IMG/VR virus record: IMGVR_UViG_2579778804_000005
Length of the DNA stretch: 7,355 nt
DNA from: a virus
Lineage: Duplodnaviria; Heunggongvirae; Uroviricota; Caudoviricetes
Reading direction: 5' to 3' (one strand)
Shown here in pieces: positions 6,461-7,355 of this stretch. The notes beneath the pieces are model-generated. The model searched no databases. It had not been told where the DNA came from and saw only the letters and a list, made by a program, of their open reading frames with translations. How positions within the stretch are numbered: the stretch's first letter is position 1; each line of letters opens with the position of its first letter. The translations under genes were made by a program, and so were the position numbers.

Positions 6461-6489
6461 ATTATTACATATAAAGAAACATTTGTCAA
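6461..6489 (-). promoter_or_regulatory. Sigma70/SigA-type promoter with an extended -10, reading toward the 62-aa, RHH and replication genes
   Basis: On the minus strand: TTGACA (-35, plus 6489-6484), a 17-nt spacer, then TGtAATAAT (extended -10, plus 6469-6461). The predicted transcript start is about 100 nt upstream of the ATG at 6350. Confidence 0.45.
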
Positions 6490-6581
6490 TACCTTTTCAC
6501 AAAAAATCTGATCTTTTTCATGCACTTACATTTTTTCTTAGCTATTCGTGCTCTTCTGTGTAGTGCTATTCTTCATTATTG

Positions 6582-6610
6582 TCTAAAACGCTCTAAAACG
6601 CGTTCTAACG
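6582..6610. repeat. Tandem direct repeats (iteron-like): two perfect TCTAAAACG copies at 10-bp period plus a degenerate third
   Basis: tctaaaacg at 6582-6590 and 6592-6600, then ttctaacg at 6603-6610. The junction forms the palindrome aacgcgtt (6597-6604). Located in non-coding DNA upstream of the promoter. Confidence 0.5.
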
Positions 6611-7015
6611 AGATTTTGATAAAAGCAATACATTCCCTTATCTAATGGCTGTTTAGCTCGCCAGAGGCTTATTTAAGGGGCTTATTTTGTATTTGTTAGG
6701 TATATGAAAAGGTAATGGCAGATATAAGATAGAGAGTCACTTTATAAAACGTTCTGTAAAGCCCTGTAGTGAGATTATATATGTAGGCAATGCGTTTCCA
6801 TTCCCTACCCTGCTTAATGCTGTTAGAGAAGCATTTAGACCCCTTATTTTTAATTAATTAAAGTATCCTCTGTACCTTGTGTTATGAAACACCTCTGAAT
6901 CCTTCATAAAACACATTATGACGCAAAGAACACTTTTCTAAGGTGATTCCCTTCCTGAATGCTGTTTCTTGCGTCAGAGAGCTACACAGAGCTTATAAAG
7001 CTATTATTAATAATA

Positions 7016-7076
7016 AAGTAGATAAAGTAAGATAAGTAAGTAAGATAACTAAGATAGATAAGATTAATAAGATCAG
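7016..7076. repeat. Low-complexity GATAAG/TAAGAT-rich tract
   Basis: About 60 bp built almost entirely from GATA(A/G) and TAAG units (gataaagtaagataagtaagtaagataactaagatagataagattaataagatc). No ORF on either strand. Confidence 0.5.
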
Positions 7077-7117
7077 AATTCTCTTTCGGTGTCGCCTCTG
7101 GCTTTTCCACCGAAAAC

Positions 7118-7274
7118 AATTACACGACTACAGAAGTAGGAAGTGGAATTGTATTGAGGCTTAGTGAAATTACACGAGGAAAGCAGAGTGTAATTGAGCT
7201 TTAGCCGCTCTCTCTTCGAGTAATTACACAACTACAGAGAATAACGAGAGTTATTAAATGTAGGAAGTGGAATT
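7118..7274. repeat. Cluster of AATTACAC sites (three direct, one inverted) and a perfect 15-bp direct repeat
   Basis: AATTACAC at 7118-7125, 7168-7175 and 7222-7229; inverted copy GTGTAATT at 7188-7195. GTAGGAAGTGGAATT occurs at 7136-7150 and 7260-7274. The two long units (7118-7150, 7222-7274) differ by a ~20-bp insertion that contains a small ataac/gttat inverted repeat. Confidence 0.5.
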
Positions 7275-7341
7275 AAGAGGTAGAGAGAGTTAACACATAA
7301 GCAATCAGTATGATTGGTTAGGTGATTACTCTTCTGCGCAC

Positions 7342-7355
7342 CTGTCTCTTATACA
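7342..7355. other. Likely Tn5 mosaic-end (Nextera-type) adapter remnant, not biological sequence
   Basis: The final 14 nt, ctgtctcttataca, match exactly the first 14 nt of the mosaic-end adapter read-through sequence CTGTCTCTTATACACATCT. The match sits at the very end of the window. It fits the synthetic mosaic end, not the natural IS50 outside end (CTGACTCTTATACACAAGT) or inside end (CTGTCTCTTGATCAGATCT). Confidence 0.75.

Noticed and set aside
7118-7274. CRISPR array
   Set aside because: Repeats are irregular in length and spacing, occur in both orientations and are too few.
6351-7341. tRNA or other canonical RNA gene in the non-coding region
   Set aside because: No T-loop-like GTTCRANYC motif or cloverleaf-compatible arrangement seen by eye; a structured non-coding RNA cannot be excluded without covariance-model searches.
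7342-7355. Genuine IS50/Tn5 transposon end
   Set aside because: The 14-mer matches the synthetic mosaic end at every position, and matches neither the natural outside end nor the inside end; its position at the sequence end favours adapter carry-over.

Overview
This 7,355-bp AT-rich window carries 11 supportable protein-coding genes, all on the minus strand and tightly packed, plus a repeat-dense ~1 kb non-coding stretch at the right end. Most genes have AAGGAG-type ribosome-binding sites; several junctions overlap or are separated by 1-19 nt. In transcription order (right to left): a sigma70-like promoter, a 62-aa protein, a 55-aa ribbon-helix-helix (RHH) protein missing from the ORF track, a 217-aa HTH replication-initiator-like protein ending in an SSB-tail-like DDFDIPF, three small unknown proteins, an intergenic region with a perfect 12-bp inverted repeat, then a structural block. 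The structural block is a 70-aa HTH-like protein, a 120-aa protein, a 342-aa major capsid protein (resembles the T7 gp10 family by recalled comparison only), an intrinsic terminator, a 67-aa protein and a 609-aa coiled-coil/Gly-rich protein. My reading is a mobile-element segment (small phage, phage-plasmid or phage satellite) that joins plasmid-style replication control to a virion module; no integrase, terminase or portal is identifiable here. The last 14 bp match the synthetic Tn5 mosaic-end adapter and are probably not biological. All functional calls rest on sequence reading and recalled family features; no database search was run.
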